From a virus, in the IMG/VR virus record IMGVR_UViG_3300043434_000700, positions 3,642-67,641 of that record: DNA of 64,000 nt, one strand, 5' to 3'. This document shows positions 1 through 9,685 of this stretch, piece by piece; position 1 is the first letter of the stretch; the number at the start of each line of letters is the position of its first letter. Made by a program: the position numbers and the translations under genes. Under the pieces are notes generated by a model that was not told the origin of the DNA, did no database searches, and saw only the letters and a program-made list of their open reading frames with translations.

Positions 1-32
1 GTCTGCTCTGTAATCGGTCTATCGGCTGCCAT
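1..32 (-). CDS. 5' end of an ORF running off the window (MAADRPITEQ...)
   Basis: ATG at 32-30 on minus strand with GGGA upstream and a late-type TAAATA box at 139-144; only 10 codons visible. Confidence 0.4.
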   Translation of the reverse strand, partial: MAADRPITEQ

Positions 33-150
33 TTTAGCTATCCCGTAAAAAAACTACTCACATGACTCGAGTCTGTAAGTAAAGTTGTGAGTAAAAATGA
101 GCCTAGGTGAGTGATTACAACGATTGTTTATATAGTTATATTTAGCACGA

Positions 151-579
151 TTAGAAAGAATCGTGTCGGATGTAAAACGTATTTTTGTCGGGACCAGATG
201 TAATGAGCTTGCCATCTAATGCGGCTGTTTCAGTTAGGCCTGTAATTGCGGTATTACCAACTGAATCAGCTGTTAATGTTTCTTCTGTCATTTGGCCAAC
301 ACGTTCAGCGATCCACTTTAGGCACCATACGCGATGTATGCCTTTGATGTTTTCTCCAAATAAGCTATCGCTAACGTCCTGTTGATCGATACACTCAACT
401 CCAGCAAGCAATGGCTGGCCACGACTTGCAATAATATTCATCAATGTAGCCAAATTGCTACGACTGCTGTTGCTACTTGGCCCAATGTCATACAGTGTCC
501 AGGCTGTAAAGAACTCTGGATCAGCACCCATGTGCGCACCGGGAATCATCCAGGATTTCTTATCTTCTCTTTTTTGCAT
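151..579 (-). CDS. hypothetical protein
   Basis: 142-aa ORF whose start overlaps the stop of the upstream gene. Confidence 0.75.
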   Translation of the reverse strand: MQKREDKKSWMIPGAHMGADPEFFTAWTLYDIGPSSNSSRSNLATLMNIIASRGQPLLAGVECIDQQDVSDSLFGENIKGIHRVWCLKWIAERVGQMTEETLTADSVGNTAITGLTETAALDGKLITSGPDKNTFYIRHDSF

Positions 580-1355
580 TATTTTATTGTAGCAATGGCC
601 CGACCAATTGCGTATCCTGTCAATCCGGCAGCACCTACTTTGGCTACGCTCTTTAAAAAGCCGTCGCCTGAACGAGAACCAGCAATAGCTCCAGCGCCTA
701 GCGCCGCAAGCTCTGCGTTACCTGCGTCTGTAATTTCGTAACCTTTGTTTCTTGACAACACATCTAATACTGGTAATAGCTCACTGCGTTTACCTCTTAT
801 GCGATAGTATTGTAATAATCTTGTCACGCATAGTTCTCGCTGATGAGTTGTAAGGTTTTCCCAGTCTGTGATTAATCTACGCAAACTTTTGTAATTGCTT
901 ACATCAATACCCATTTGGCCTTCCAATCTATACATTAGTCGTACTGCTGTAATTCGATCTAATGTGCCATTGGCGATTCCATGTAGGAACTGCTTTACTA
1001 ATTTAGTGTTGGCACGAAGCTGTTTGGCTAGTACTAAGTTCTGATCATGTGCTTTTAGCTGTTGGGCAGTGCCACCTGTTGGGTTAAACAAGATGTGCAA
1101 GCCTTGGTATAAGTCTGTGCCGCTGATTCTTGGTGCAGTGAAGTTGCCAAATGCCAAAGTACGTTGTGCATAGTCTTTGGCAAAAGGTGCTGTTTCAAAC
1201 TCCTTGCTTAACATGTAAAGAGTTAGCATGTTTAGAAACACGCTGTCTACTGTGTCACGCAATGTTAGCTGGCCAAGGTGCGTATTACGAAACATCTTGC
1301 TTTCGTTACAGTTTTCAAGAATAAAACTAAAACTGTTGTCTTGATTGTCTTCCAT
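579..1355 (-). CDS. hypothetical, probable virion/head-associated protein
   Basis: 258-aa ORF in a late-promoter operon; N-terminal ILE/CNE could be prohead-protease sites; Gly/Ala-rich C-terminus. Confidence 0.7.
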   Translation of the reverse strand: MEDNQDNSFSFILENCNESKMFRNTHLGQLTLRDTVDSVFLNMLTLYMLSKEFETAPFAKDYAQRTLAFGNFTAPRISGTDLYQGLHILFNPTGGTAQQLKAHDQNLVLAKQLRANTKLVKQFLHGIANGTLDRITAVRLMYRLEGQMGIDVSNYKSLRRLITDWENLTTHQRELCVTRLLQYYRIRGKRSELLPVLDVLSRNKGYEITDAGNAELAALGAGAIAGSRSGDGFLKSVAKVGAAGLTGYAIGRAIATIK

Positions 1356-1356
1356 A

Positions 1357-2547
1357 TTACTTGTCCTTGTCTTTCATGAACACAGGGCGGTTGACTAATT
1401 TAATCTTGCCGTGTGGCGTAGCTGAAACAAAGCCTTCGTGCCCTGCGCCTGTTTGTACACTGCTAGTATCAGCACCAACGTGCTTGTCTAGTTGATCTTT
1501 AATTTTGTGCTTGATAACTGTAATGCCAGCAACGATATCCCACGCTGTCTGGAATGGAGCCTTAAATTGGTTGATGTGTGCTTCGACGTTGGCTTGCTTG
1601 TTAGCCGACAAGCCGCTTGGACCTTTTAGCCAAGCCATAAACTCGTTTGCAACTGCTTTACCGTTTGTGATTTCCTGACCGCTTCGTGCTTTAAAGTTAA
1701 CAAAGCTCTTGAAGATGTCTGGTAAGTTAGAAATCTTTAATGCACCAATGGCAAACGGATCTAACATGTCGTCAATCTTAGCGGCTGCTGGACTGTTAAT
1801 AAGTGCTTGCACTTTCTTAATGTCTGCGGCAGGTAATTTAACAGTGTGTTCTTGCGTTAAGTTAGTTGATGGGCCAAATACTACTAGGCCAGGAACAGAT
1901 TTAATACCAACTGCATCTGGAGATGTTGGCGTTGGTTCGGCTGTAGCAGAAGCGGCTTCATCAGCAGAGTCGTACATACCATGTACTGCAATGCCAGCAC
2001 GGCTACGAACAATCTTCTTACCAACTTCACTGGTCTTGTCAATGTGATATTCAACCTTGTTTGGTTTAAAATTTACTCGCGCATCGTCAATAGTTAAGTC
2101 TTGTGCTTTCATCCAAAGCATATCACCTTGGAACATCTTGCCTGCTGTCTTAACAGGAGTAGCACGTTTTAACAAGTCATACATACCACCAAAGTGTGCG
2201 GCATATTCTGCACGACCCGGGCTGTCTGGCTTACGATTATAAATCATTGCAGACACTTCTTCTGCGCTTGTTGGGCGACCATCATACTTCTTGGCACCAA
2301 TGCCTGCTTTGTCTGTTACGATGAATGTGTTCTTATCTAGCCAGCCAAAGATAACTGCCGGGCTACCGTCCCACTTGATCGTTGTTGTGTCATGATGTGA
2401 CTGAGCCGCATGTGTTAGTGCAGTTAGCGCACGTTGAGCACCTTCAATACCGTTTTCATCAAACATGATATCTTCTGGGTGATCGATTCGAGCTTTTGCT
2501 TCGGTGAGCTTACGCTTATGATTTTGTGTTACTTCGAATATTTTCAT
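1357..2547 (-). CDS. ligase/covalent nucleotidyltransferase-fold protein (DUF6267-like)
   Basis: Motif I-like TIKWDGSPA, FQGDML, HEGFV and KIKLVNR resemble ligase motifs I, III, IV and V; N-terminal MKIFEV...LTE. Confidence 0.6.
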   Translation of the reverse strand: MKIFEVTQNHKRKLTEAKARIDHPEDIMFDENGIEGAQRALTALTHAAQSHHDTTTIKWDGSPAVIFGWLDKNTFIVTDKAGIGAKKYDGRPTSAEEVSAMIYNRKPDSPGRAEYAAHFGGMYDLLKRATPVKTAGKMFQGDMLWMKAQDLTIDDARVNFKPNKVEYHIDKTSEVGKKIVRSRAGIAVHGMYDSADEAASATAEPTPTSPDAVGIKSVPGLVVFGPSTNLTQEHTVKLPAADIKKVQALINSPAAAKIDDMLDPFAIGALKISNLPDIFKSFVNFKARSGQEITNGKAVANEFMAWLKGPSGLSANKQANVEAHINQFKAPFQTAWDIVAGITVIKHKIKDQLDKHVGADTSSVQTGAGHEGFVSATPHGKIKLVNRPVFMKDKDK

Positions 2548-3749
2548 GGTAATGGATTCGCTCTCAAATACTCGTCATGAGCCTTTGTATATTCTGCGTT
2601 TTGTCTTGCAACAAATGCGGCATCACTTTCTGCTGGCGTCTTTGTAACTGCTCGTCTTGCTCTCTCGCCTTCATCGTGTGCCTTGTCAAATAACTCGTCT
2701 GTGTTTACAGTTGTACCTGGAGTTGTAGGGGCCGTTGCTTGCTGTTCAAAATTCATACTTTTAATTTTGGCATGTACAGCTCGTGCCCACTCTTTGTAAA
2801 TCTCAAATGCTTTTGCTCTTGGCGGCTGTTCTGCTACCGCAATCTGCAACCACGCTTTAAATTGTTCTTCAATTAGCTCCTCGGCTTTATTAACTACTGA
2901 ATTAACTGCCGCAGGGTCAACATCAGAACTATGTCCAGATAGCAATCTTGTTAGTGTTTGATTGCTTACCAACAACGGTGGGCTTGCTAGCATCGCTTGC
3001 ATTTGTTCTGTAGACAAATTCAAATACTTTTTCTGAATACCAGTTTGTCCTGTAATCATGCTAATCAACACAAGTTCTTCTAAGTTGTCTCTTAGATCAA
3101 CGTTTGGATTCAATGATCTTAAATCAGGACTTTGTTGTGAGAATAAAACTTTGTCAAGTTGTGCGCTTGCAGTCTTAAAATTTTCTAATGCGTCTGGATC
3201 AACTTCTGCTGTTTCAGCGTCCTCTTGTTGGGTTTGGATAAAAATAACTGTAGCGGCTACAATCATTGATATAGCATTTAGTGCAGGCTCAACTTCCATG
3301 CCAATAGAAGCACTACCAGTACCACCAAGAATAGCATCAAACAATAATTTAATTTCGTTGTTAGCACCAACATTACTTGACAATACTAAGCGTTCAATGT
3401 CAGCACGATTGGATTTAATAGTAGGGCCAACTTGTGCAATATCAACTTGAAGTTGATCAGTAGCCGCAACTTTATCAGCTGCCGCCAGTGTCTGCTGATA
3501 CATCATTTTTACTGGTAGAGGTACAGAACCAGAATCGATTTGGGCTAGCTGATTACCTAAACGTTGCATAACACGCGGTCTTGTGGTATTTGTAATAGCA
3601 TCTGCAAACTTACGCAAAGCCGCATTGCTACCACGCAAGGCACGAATGATACCAGTTGGGCCATCGCCGCCGGCCATACTAGTTACTTTAGAAACTAAAT
3701 TATCTAAGAACCCTTCATCTAATTGACGCTGTAGGTCATTAACTTTCAT
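2544..3749 (-). CDS. hypothetical, probable internal head protein
   Basis: 401-aa ORF starting MKVNDL..LDEG; overlapping start/stop with neighbours. Confidence 0.7.
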   Translation of the reverse strand: MKVNDLQRQLDEGFLDNLVSKVTSMAGGDGPTGIIRALRGSNAALRKFADAITNTTRPRVMQRLGNQLAQIDSGSVPLPVKMMYQQTLAAADKVAATDQLQVDIAQVGPTIKSNRADIERLVLSSNVGANNEIKLLFDAILGGTGSASIGMEVEPALNAISMIVAATVIFIQTQQEDAETAEVDPDALENFKTASAQLDKVLFSQQSPDLRSLNPNVDLRDNLEELVLISMITGQTGIQKKYLNLSTEQMQAMLASPPLLVSNQTLTRLLSGHSSDVDPAAVNSVVNKAEELIEEQFKAWLQIAVAEQPPRAKAFEIYKEWARAVHAKIKSMNFEQQATAPTTPGTTVNTDELFDKAHDEGERARRAVTKTPAESDAAFVARQNAEYTKAHDEYLRANPLP

Positions 3750-3997
3750 TGCTCGTTTTCCTTAATTGCTCTTACACCTCGAGCAAACTTAGCAGGGTCG
3801 CCATTTTTAATGGCTAGTTGCAATCTTCGTACTAGCTCTTCGGCCTGGTGCGGTGGATAGTTAGTTTGTATAATTTCGACTAGATTGATAACACGGGCAA
3901 TGGCCTGCGTTGCTAGTCCCTCAACAAGCAAATGCTTGTCTTGCTGTGGTACTAGACCTGTTATTTCTTCTAGGATGCTACGAGTTTGTTTACGCAT
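3746..3997 (-). CDS. hypothetical protein
   Basis: 83-aa ORF directly after the late box at 4006-4011. Confidence 0.7.
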   Translation of the reverse strand: MRKQTRSILEEITGLVPQQDKHLLVEGLATQAIARVINLVEIIQTNYPPHQAEELVRRLQLAIKNGDPAKFARGVRAIKENEQ

Positions 3998-4005
3998 GAT
4001 TAATA

Positions 4006-4019
4006 TATTTAGCTAAATA
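4006..4019. promoter_or_regulatory. back-to-back divergent late promoters
   Basis: Perfect palindrome TATTTAGCTAAATA gives TAAATA on both strands between divergent ORFs 3997(-) and 4042(+). Confidence 0.7.
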
Positions 4020-4041
4020 AAGTTAATAGGAGACCCTGAAA

Positions 4042-4488
4042 ATGCAACTTTCACCAAGCGCACAGGATTTGAGAGATTTGGCTAATAAGCTACAAAGGCT
4101 CAGCGAATACGATACAAGTGCCGATACGCACGAACCAAACCATGAAATTACTGACAGCGAATTAAGCCGCTTAAAAATTGCACTACGCCCATTGGTTAGT
4201 AGCGACATGCAAAGCCGTTTTATGCAAGTTTTAAACAAAATGGTTAGCGGACAGCCTGTAACCTTTGCAGAATCAAAACTTATTACGGCTGCTTTCATTA
4301 GCATGGCAGACATTGTTGCAAGCGATAGTTCATTGATTTCTCGTTTACGTGCTGACATTAAAGATTACAATGCGGCTGCTGGTGGTGATAATACCGAAGG
4401 CGACGAATACAGTCCAAAATTGAGTACTAGTGATTTTGAAGAACCGGAAGCAGAAGAGCTTCCAGTTAACAATCGCGATTTGAAATAA
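4042..4488 (+). CDS. hypothetical protein with acidic C-terminus
   Basis: 148-aa ORF, AGGAG RBS at ~4028, late box upstream. Confidence 0.75.
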   Translation: MQLSPSAQDLRDLANKLQRLSEYDTSADTHEPNHEITDSELSRLKIALRPLVSSDMQSRFMQVLNKMVSGQPVTFAESKLITAAFISMADIVASDSSLISRLRADIKDYNAAAGGDNTEGDEYSPKLSTSDFEEPEAEELPVNNRDLK

Positions 4489-6015
4489 TTAAATTTCACG
4501 ACTCACAATAGCCCTTAGTGCATCCCTGTTAGAGTTACTAGCAACTGGTGCAGTTAAGGGCTTTTTTGCGACTGCGACACTGTTGTCTCCTTGGTCAGCC
4601 CAAGGTGCAGACAGCACATCCAATGGTCCAGCGGGCTTTCCTAATTCAAATCCTTCCCTAGCCTGCGGCTTTTCCCATTTAGTAGATGTAGGAGCACTTG
4701 TGTTAATTGGTGTTCCCATTGTGTTGCGCTTGAGCTTGTCATACACATCACCTGGCTTAGTAGTACCACTGCCTTGATCGCCATCCATGTCACTAATACG
4801 CAACGTATCGGGATTGAAACTTAGATCAATCTTTTGTCCAACTGCACCAGAACTACGTGTCTTCATAAACTGCAACTGTACCATACAACGTTCACGCATT
4901 GTAGGAGTAGAGAAGATACCAAATACGTTATCAGCAGTTTGAATCTTAGACAAACCACCAGCAATCATTGAGTGGTCAAACTCAACGCTTTCAACAGCAC
5001 TACGGTTCAACTGACTAGCTGTTGCTAATAGCAACTGTTCAGACACAACCAAGTTACGCAATTCTTCTGCTACCAACTTGTCCTTAACGAACATGTCGCT
5101 AACGCTAATCTTTTGACTTGCTGGCATCATCAAGTCTAAGTAGTCAACTAAGATAGCATCTACTTTGATCTTACGTTGTGTTTGGAATTCACGCACCCAA
5201 GATAAAATGTCGTTTGCAGTAATGCCGTTTGTTAGCTGTACAATTTGCAGTACGCCGGCTTTCTTGCCATTCATACGAACTTTAAGATCAACATCCTCAA
5301 GTCGCTTAAACACTTCTCGAGTAGGTGTATCTGTTAGCATAGCATCCATACGCATAGCACACAAGCCCTCACTTAGTTCAAGAGAGAAGTAAACGGTATT
5401 CAATCCTGCCATTGACCAGTTTAGTGCTAAGTTTTGCAAGAACAAACTCTTACCTGCACCTGATGCTCCAGCAAAGATGTTTAGTTCTCCGCGGTTAAAG
5501 CCGCCATACAACTTATCGTCAAGTGCCTTCCAACCTGTTGTCAACTGTCCGTTATTATTCTTTAATGCGTTTAGTCGAGCAGATGGATCAGCAAAGTAGT
5601 CTGTACCAAATGTCTTTGGCAAGCCAACCTGCACTGCATCCTTGATTAGCTTTTCAACTGCGCCATACTGACTCTTATCCAACATATCAGCACTTTGAAG
5701 GATAGCCTTCTCTAATGCTTTATGTCTTGCAAAGCCTTCAAACTCTGCCAAGAACCAAGAGCTGTGTTCAACTGCTTGTGTTTCTAAATGAGAAAGTTCA
5801 GTGTTGGTTGTTGCCTTGACTTGTGTAACGTCTGGAATGTTTCCGTGTTCATTTACATAAGTCTTGATAAATTCTGCCGCACTTCGCAGTCTGCGGTCAA
5901 AGTGATCGGGATCTAACACGTTTTGGCAACGTGCTGCCAGATCCCTGTTACTGACCAAGAAGTCCAAAAATAGTTTTTGTAACTCATAGCCGTATTCTTT
6001 TACATCATCTGCCAT
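4489..6015 (-). CDS. 41: DnaB-like replicative helicase (T4 gp41 family)
   Basis: Walker A GASGAGKS, YFSLEL, ILVDYLDL, TASQLNR, MKTR motifs. Confidence 0.95.
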   Translation of the reverse strand: MADDVKEYGYELQKLFLDFLVSNRDLAARCQNVLDPDHFDRRLRSAAEFIKTYVNEHGNIPDVTQVKATTNTELSHLETQAVEHSSWFLAEFEGFARHKALEKAILQSADMLDKSQYGAVEKLIKDAVQVGLPKTFGTDYFADPSARLNALKNNNGQLTTGWKALDDKLYGGFNRGELNIFAGASGAGKSLFLQNLALNWSMAGLNTVYFSLELSEGLCAMRMDAMLTDTPTREVFKRLEDVDLKVRMNGKKAGVLQIVQLTNGITANDILSWVREFQTQRKIKVDAILVDYLDLMMPASQKISVSDMFVKDKLVAEELRNLVVSEQLLLATASQLNRSAVESVEFDHSMIAGGLSKIQTADNVFGIFSTPTMRERCMVQLQFMKTRSSGAVGQKIDLSFNPDTLRISDMDGDQGSGTTKPGDVYDKLKRNTMGTPINTSAPTSTKWEKPQAREGFELGKPAGPLDVLSAPWADQGDNSVAVAKKPLTAPVASNSNRDALRAIVSREI

Positions 6016-6030
6016 TATTATCGTTTTCCT

Positions 6031-6999
6031 TTATGCACACCAGCGGCGTGCTATTAATTTAATCTTCAAGGGGCTGGTCTCAATCGCCGATATCACACTT
6101 TGTAGCGTAGCGACTCGCCCAAAGTGTTGTACTGCTTCATTGGCATCCTTGATACCGTCTGGCCAGTCTGGGAACGATACACTCCAACCTAGCTCGGCCG
6201 CTTGCATTGCCAACTGTAAGCCAGCCCGATCTCTATCTGGTAACACAACTGGCTCGTTATCAATGTCTTCAATGATCTTTGCTTGTTCAGGACTAATACT
6301 GTTAGTCATAATAGCAACACCATCTAAACTTAGCGCATCGTATTCGCCTTCGACTACTAGCGTATATTTTCTTGCTTGGCTTTGCTTGTCTAGGTTAAAC
6401 ACAAAGCTAGCTGGGCGGCTTGCAATAATCTTTGCAGTGCCTTTGGGTACTTCGCCAATCCAACGTGCATTGTAGCCTACTAACTTACCTTCATCAAAGA
6501 AAGGTAGGATGGCACGATTGTTCATGCCTTGTATGCTACTGGGACTAGACAACCAATCAGTTAGTTCAAGTACTTTTCTACTGTCTAAGTACTCGGCTGC
6601 TTCCAATGTTATGTCTTGTATTTCCCACGGGAATTCAATCTCGGGCCAGTCTGGCTTTTTAAAAGGTTCGTGTACTGTGTTCTCATCGTCGTCGACTACT
6701 TGATCCCACAGCTGGATCTTAAGGCGTTGGATTTCACCTTCGTCAATGCCAATGGCCCGCATAAACTTAATCAGCTTAATGCCGAGCCGTTGGCCAGGTC
6801 TCCAACCTGTAGTGTAGCCGCAGTTAAAGCAATGGTAGCCCACACGGTCTTCTTCAAACTTAATGCCACCACGATGTTTGGTGTCTGGTCGTGCCTGTCC
6901 ATTTTGGACACACACTGGGCAGTTCATAGTTAACCAGCCGTTGGTGTTGCGCTTTAACGCAGGTAGGTGGGCTTGTAATGTAGATTCAACTATGCTCAT
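6031..6999 (-). CDS. 61: DNA primase (T4 gp61-like)
   Basis: N-terminal Zn finger CPVC...HCFNC; TOPRIM VEGEYD, PDRD and KDANE motifs; adjacent to helicase. Confidence 0.9.
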   Translation of the reverse strand: MSIVESTLQAHLPALKRNTNGWLTMNCPVCVQNGQARPDTKHRGGIKFEEDRVGYHCFNCGYTTGWRPGQRLGIKLIKFMRAIGIDEGEIQRLKIQLWDQVVDDDENTVHEPFKKPDWPEIEFPWEIQDITLEAAEYLDSRKVLELTDWLSSPSSIQGMNNRAILPFFDEGKLVGYNARWIGEVPKGTAKIIASRPASFVFNLDKQSQARKYTLVVEGEYDALSLDGVAIMTNSISPEQAKIIEDIDNEPVVLPDRDRAGLQLAMQAAELGWSVSFPDWPDGIKDANEAVQHFGRVATLQSVISAIETSPLKIKLIARRWCA

Positions 7000-7007
7000 A
7001 TAGAGCT

Positions 7008-7036
7008 AGTTTACACTCTTACCAGAACTTTGTCAA
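7008..7036 (-). promoter_or_regulatory. sigma70-like promoter for primase-helicase
   Basis: TTGACA-17 nt-TAAACT on minus strand, with TG in the spacer next to the -10. Confidence 0.65.
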
Positions 7037-7808
7037 GGGTGCCTGCGTTCGAAAGACTATCTTGCTTTACAATACGCAACCAACGAACACCAGCGTAGAA
7101 GTTGTAAGGATCGATGCCGGTGTAACCATTTAAGTCTAAATTATGAGTTTCATAGTCTTGTGGCTTTAGGTTGCCCCATAGTGTAGATCCAGTGACTGCT
7201 TCGTCTAGTGTGCCTTGAACGACAACGCGGCCTGTCCAGTTGCTGCCGTACAATGCCACTGTGAAAAGACTGGTATCTTTTCTGTAGAACTGTGGGCCGT
7301 TAAACGCACTAGATACTATCAATCCACCAACGTCTGTCCAAGTTGTAACTTCTTGGGTAACACGGCTTGTTGGTACAACTGCATCCTTAACTTCAACATC
7401 AAACGCACCTTGTTGGGCACGATTCCAAGTTAGGGCGGTTTCTAAGCCATTGGCATCAACAAAGGTAGCACCCAAAGAATAAATGCCAACCGGTAGTGTC
7501 ATTAGGTCACGTGCGAAAACGGTCAAACGAGCTTGCCCATTTTCTTCTACTGTTGCCATAGCACGGCGACGGAAAATAGTAGTGCCAGTGGTTCTGTCCC
7601 ACATTGTAACAGTAAGCTCGCGGCGTAGTAAACTAACAGGGCGACGATCTGTACCTGTAATTGTAAGATCTAAGATGTTATCAACACCTTTAAACCATAC
7701 AATACGTTGGTCGGTATAGCTTGGTGCGTGACGAGTAGCACTTGGGCCAGTGCCGGCGCCAGAGTAGTTTAATGATGCTGTTGGAATACTTGAGTTTAAT
7801 GTGGCCAT
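7011..7808 (-). CDS. probable virion structural protein (beta-rich, BppU-like)
   Basis: 265-aa beta-strand-rich ORF preceded by a late TAAATA box. Confidence 0.6.
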   Translation of the reverse strand: MATLNSSIPTASLNYSGAGTGPSATRHAPSYTDQRIVWFKGVDNILDLTITGTDRRPVSLLRRELTVTMWDRTTGTTIFRRRAMATVEENGQARLTVFARDLMTLPVGIYSLGATFVDANGLETALTWNRAQQGAFDVEVKDAVVPTSRVTQEVTTWTDVGGLIVSSAFNGPQFYRKDTSLFTVALYGSNWTGRVVVQGTLDEAVTGSTLWGNLKPQDYETHNLDLNGYTGIDPYNFYAGVRWLRIVKQDSLSNAGTLDKVLVRV

Positions 7809-7859
7809 GCTCTTATTTAGCGATTAGACTACCAATTTCTAAAATGCTAAGTAAAGCTG

Positions 7860-8234
7860 ATGGACAACAAAGTTAAAGAATTTCTAGAGCGTTTCCCGTT
7901 TATGAGCTTGGTTCGTTACGGTGAAAACGAGTTAGTTGGTATTATACAAAACAGTGACAACGTGGTTGTTACAATGTACGTCTACAACCTACTAAAAGAT
8001 GATGCTGATAAAGTTGCTTTCATCGAACAAGGGGAAGAATGGTGGTGGGGTTCTAACCGCTTGATCCCTATTAACATTGTTCTCAAAGAACAAATGCGCC
8101 AATTTACATACGCCCTAAAAACTTATAGCACAAAGGATTTTGAAGTGCTATATGGCCACCAAACCAGTCTTGCTAACGTGATAACAAAACGCACCAAACG
8201 ACGTCAAATCAGTTTGGTGCGTAAAATGCGTTAA
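7860..8234 (+). CDS. hypothetical protein
   Basis: 124-aa ORF, TAAGTA box 6 nt upstream. Confidence 0.75.
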   Translation: MDNKVKEFLERFPFMSLVRYGENELVGIIQNSDNVVVTMYVYNLLKDDADKVAFIEQGEEWWWGSNRLIPINIVLKEQMRQFTYALKTYSTKDFEVLYGHQTSLANVITKRTKRRQISLVRKMR

Positions 8235-9088
8235 TCTAGATTAATGTAATCTGTAGCTAGATTACTATCAATCCAAAGTTTATCTGTGCCTTGATATTTT
8301 GCAATACTTCTATCAAGCAAGTCAACGTATTGATTCACTTGTTGCGCTGTTGTGAGTTTATCTCGCCATATAAACAAAATTTTTCTAGCTGTTGGTCTCC
8401 AAGTACTTGCATGTTTTGTTCTTAGATTGTTCCATGCATAGGAATTTGTGTCCTCTAATTTTGGTAACGGCACATATCCATTGCTGTGTTGTTTAATAGG
8501 ATCAGTAAGTAGACTTAGCGTTTCTGATATATTAGAGTCAAACAATTTTATACGCATTGCCAATGGCATATCTATCATGCTTGTATGATCCCTATGTGCT
8601 GGGACTCTATTTGCGCTCGACCACATGTTCCATCGAAAATTTTTTTGCCCAACCCAAGGCATCAGGTCGTGTATTTGCTCAAAAATTTCAGGAAACTCTG
8701 TATAGATAGATTCTACAATGTTTCGTGTCCAAACCGGTGACCACGAATTTACATTGCTGTCAATTGACAAGTAAGTAGATTTTGTTGCATTAAATGTACC
8801 CGAACTCAAATCTTCAACTTGCTTACCAGCATGCTTTCCATTCTGGAAAAAGAAAACAACAAACTTTTGCAAATCGTGTATCTGTATCTTTGGGATATCG
8901 TATGGTACGAACAGATATTTGCCGTATGTTTTTTCGAGCTCAGTATAAAGAGTTTTAACTTCAGGAAGTTTACTTAACTCGTGATTTCGTAGTTCAGTTA
9001 AATTTTCTTTGGTTTCAACAATGACGCCACCTTCTTTGCGCTCGACATTTTGTGCAGTGTATGTTGCTTGATTAATTTCAGTGCTCAT
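8231..9088 (-). CDS. putative 2OG-Fe(II) oxygenase / cupin-fold protein
   Basis: HxD (PAHRD) with a distal His (NNLRTKH) and a later Arg, the spacing of a facial-triad dioxygenase. Confidence 0.45.
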   Translation of the reverse strand: MSTEINQATYTAQNVERKEGGVIVETKENLTELRNHELSKLPEVKTLYTELEKTYGKYLFVPYDIPKIQIHDLQKFVVFFFQNGKHAGKQVEDLSSGTFNATKSTYLSIDSNVNSWSPVWTRNIVESIYTEFPEIFEQIHDLMPWVGQKNFRWNMWSSANRVPAHRDHTSMIDMPLAMRIKLFDSNISETLSLLTDPIKQHSNGYVPLPKLEDTNSYAWNNLRTKHASTWRPTARKILFIWRDKLTTAQQVNQYVDLLDRSIAKYQGTDKLWIDSNLATDYINLD

Positions 9089-9106
9089 GCAAATATTTAT
9101 GAGCAG

Positions 9107-9685
9107 TTATGACCCAAGTTGCTCGCAAATTAAATTCATTTGAGCAACAATGGCAACTGCATAAGCAATTGCATGTGCCTTCTTAAAGTAGTACTCACCG
9201 TTCTCGGGCTTGGTCCAAACTTCCTTCAGAATCATATTCCATGATTTCCCAATCAGATAACGTTTGGCCGGGCGTATCATGGCAAGGACGGCAGCTAATT
9301 GTTCCACGGAAGTAGGGCAAGTCTTCTTCAGAACATCCCCATGCCCGTTCAAATGAAATAACAGATTTACAAAGTCTTCTTGCTGTAGTAGATCCCATAA
9401 TGGCTCCTGGTTGGCTAGTTGATCTAAATGCTCTTTGCTTTTAACGCCTTGGTACAAACTTACATTCAGTAAGTCTACTTTAAAAAATCCCAGTTCTTCT
9501 GCTTGTTGATAATCAAGGTCGCACCATCCTGTAAAAGGATTTGTAGGTACAGGGTGAAAATACACACCAGTTTTGTGCTTTTGTCTATTGCCGTTTGGCA
9601 ACCGAATCATTGCCGGAACGTGGTCTAGTAGTTTTAGTACTTGTTCTCGATCTGCAAAGTCAATGTCTACGTCAGGTAAGTTCAT
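9107..9685 (-). CDS. minimal DNA polymerase III alpha (DnaE, family C) catalytic-core protein
   Basis: PDVDIDF, KHKTGVY, FFKVDLL, AMIRP and YYFKKAHAIAYA match DnaE palm/fingers motifs in 192 aa. Confidence 0.85.
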   Translation of the reverse strand: MNLPDVDIDFADREQVLKLLDHVPAMIRLPNGNRQKHKTGVYFHPVPTNPFTGWCDLDYQQAEELGFFKVDLLNVSLYQGVKSKEHLDQLANQEPLWDLLQQEDFVNLLFHLNGHGDVLKKTCPTSVEQLAAVLAMIRPAKRYLIGKSWNMILKEVWTKPENGEYYFKKAHAIAYAVAIVAQMNLICEQLGS

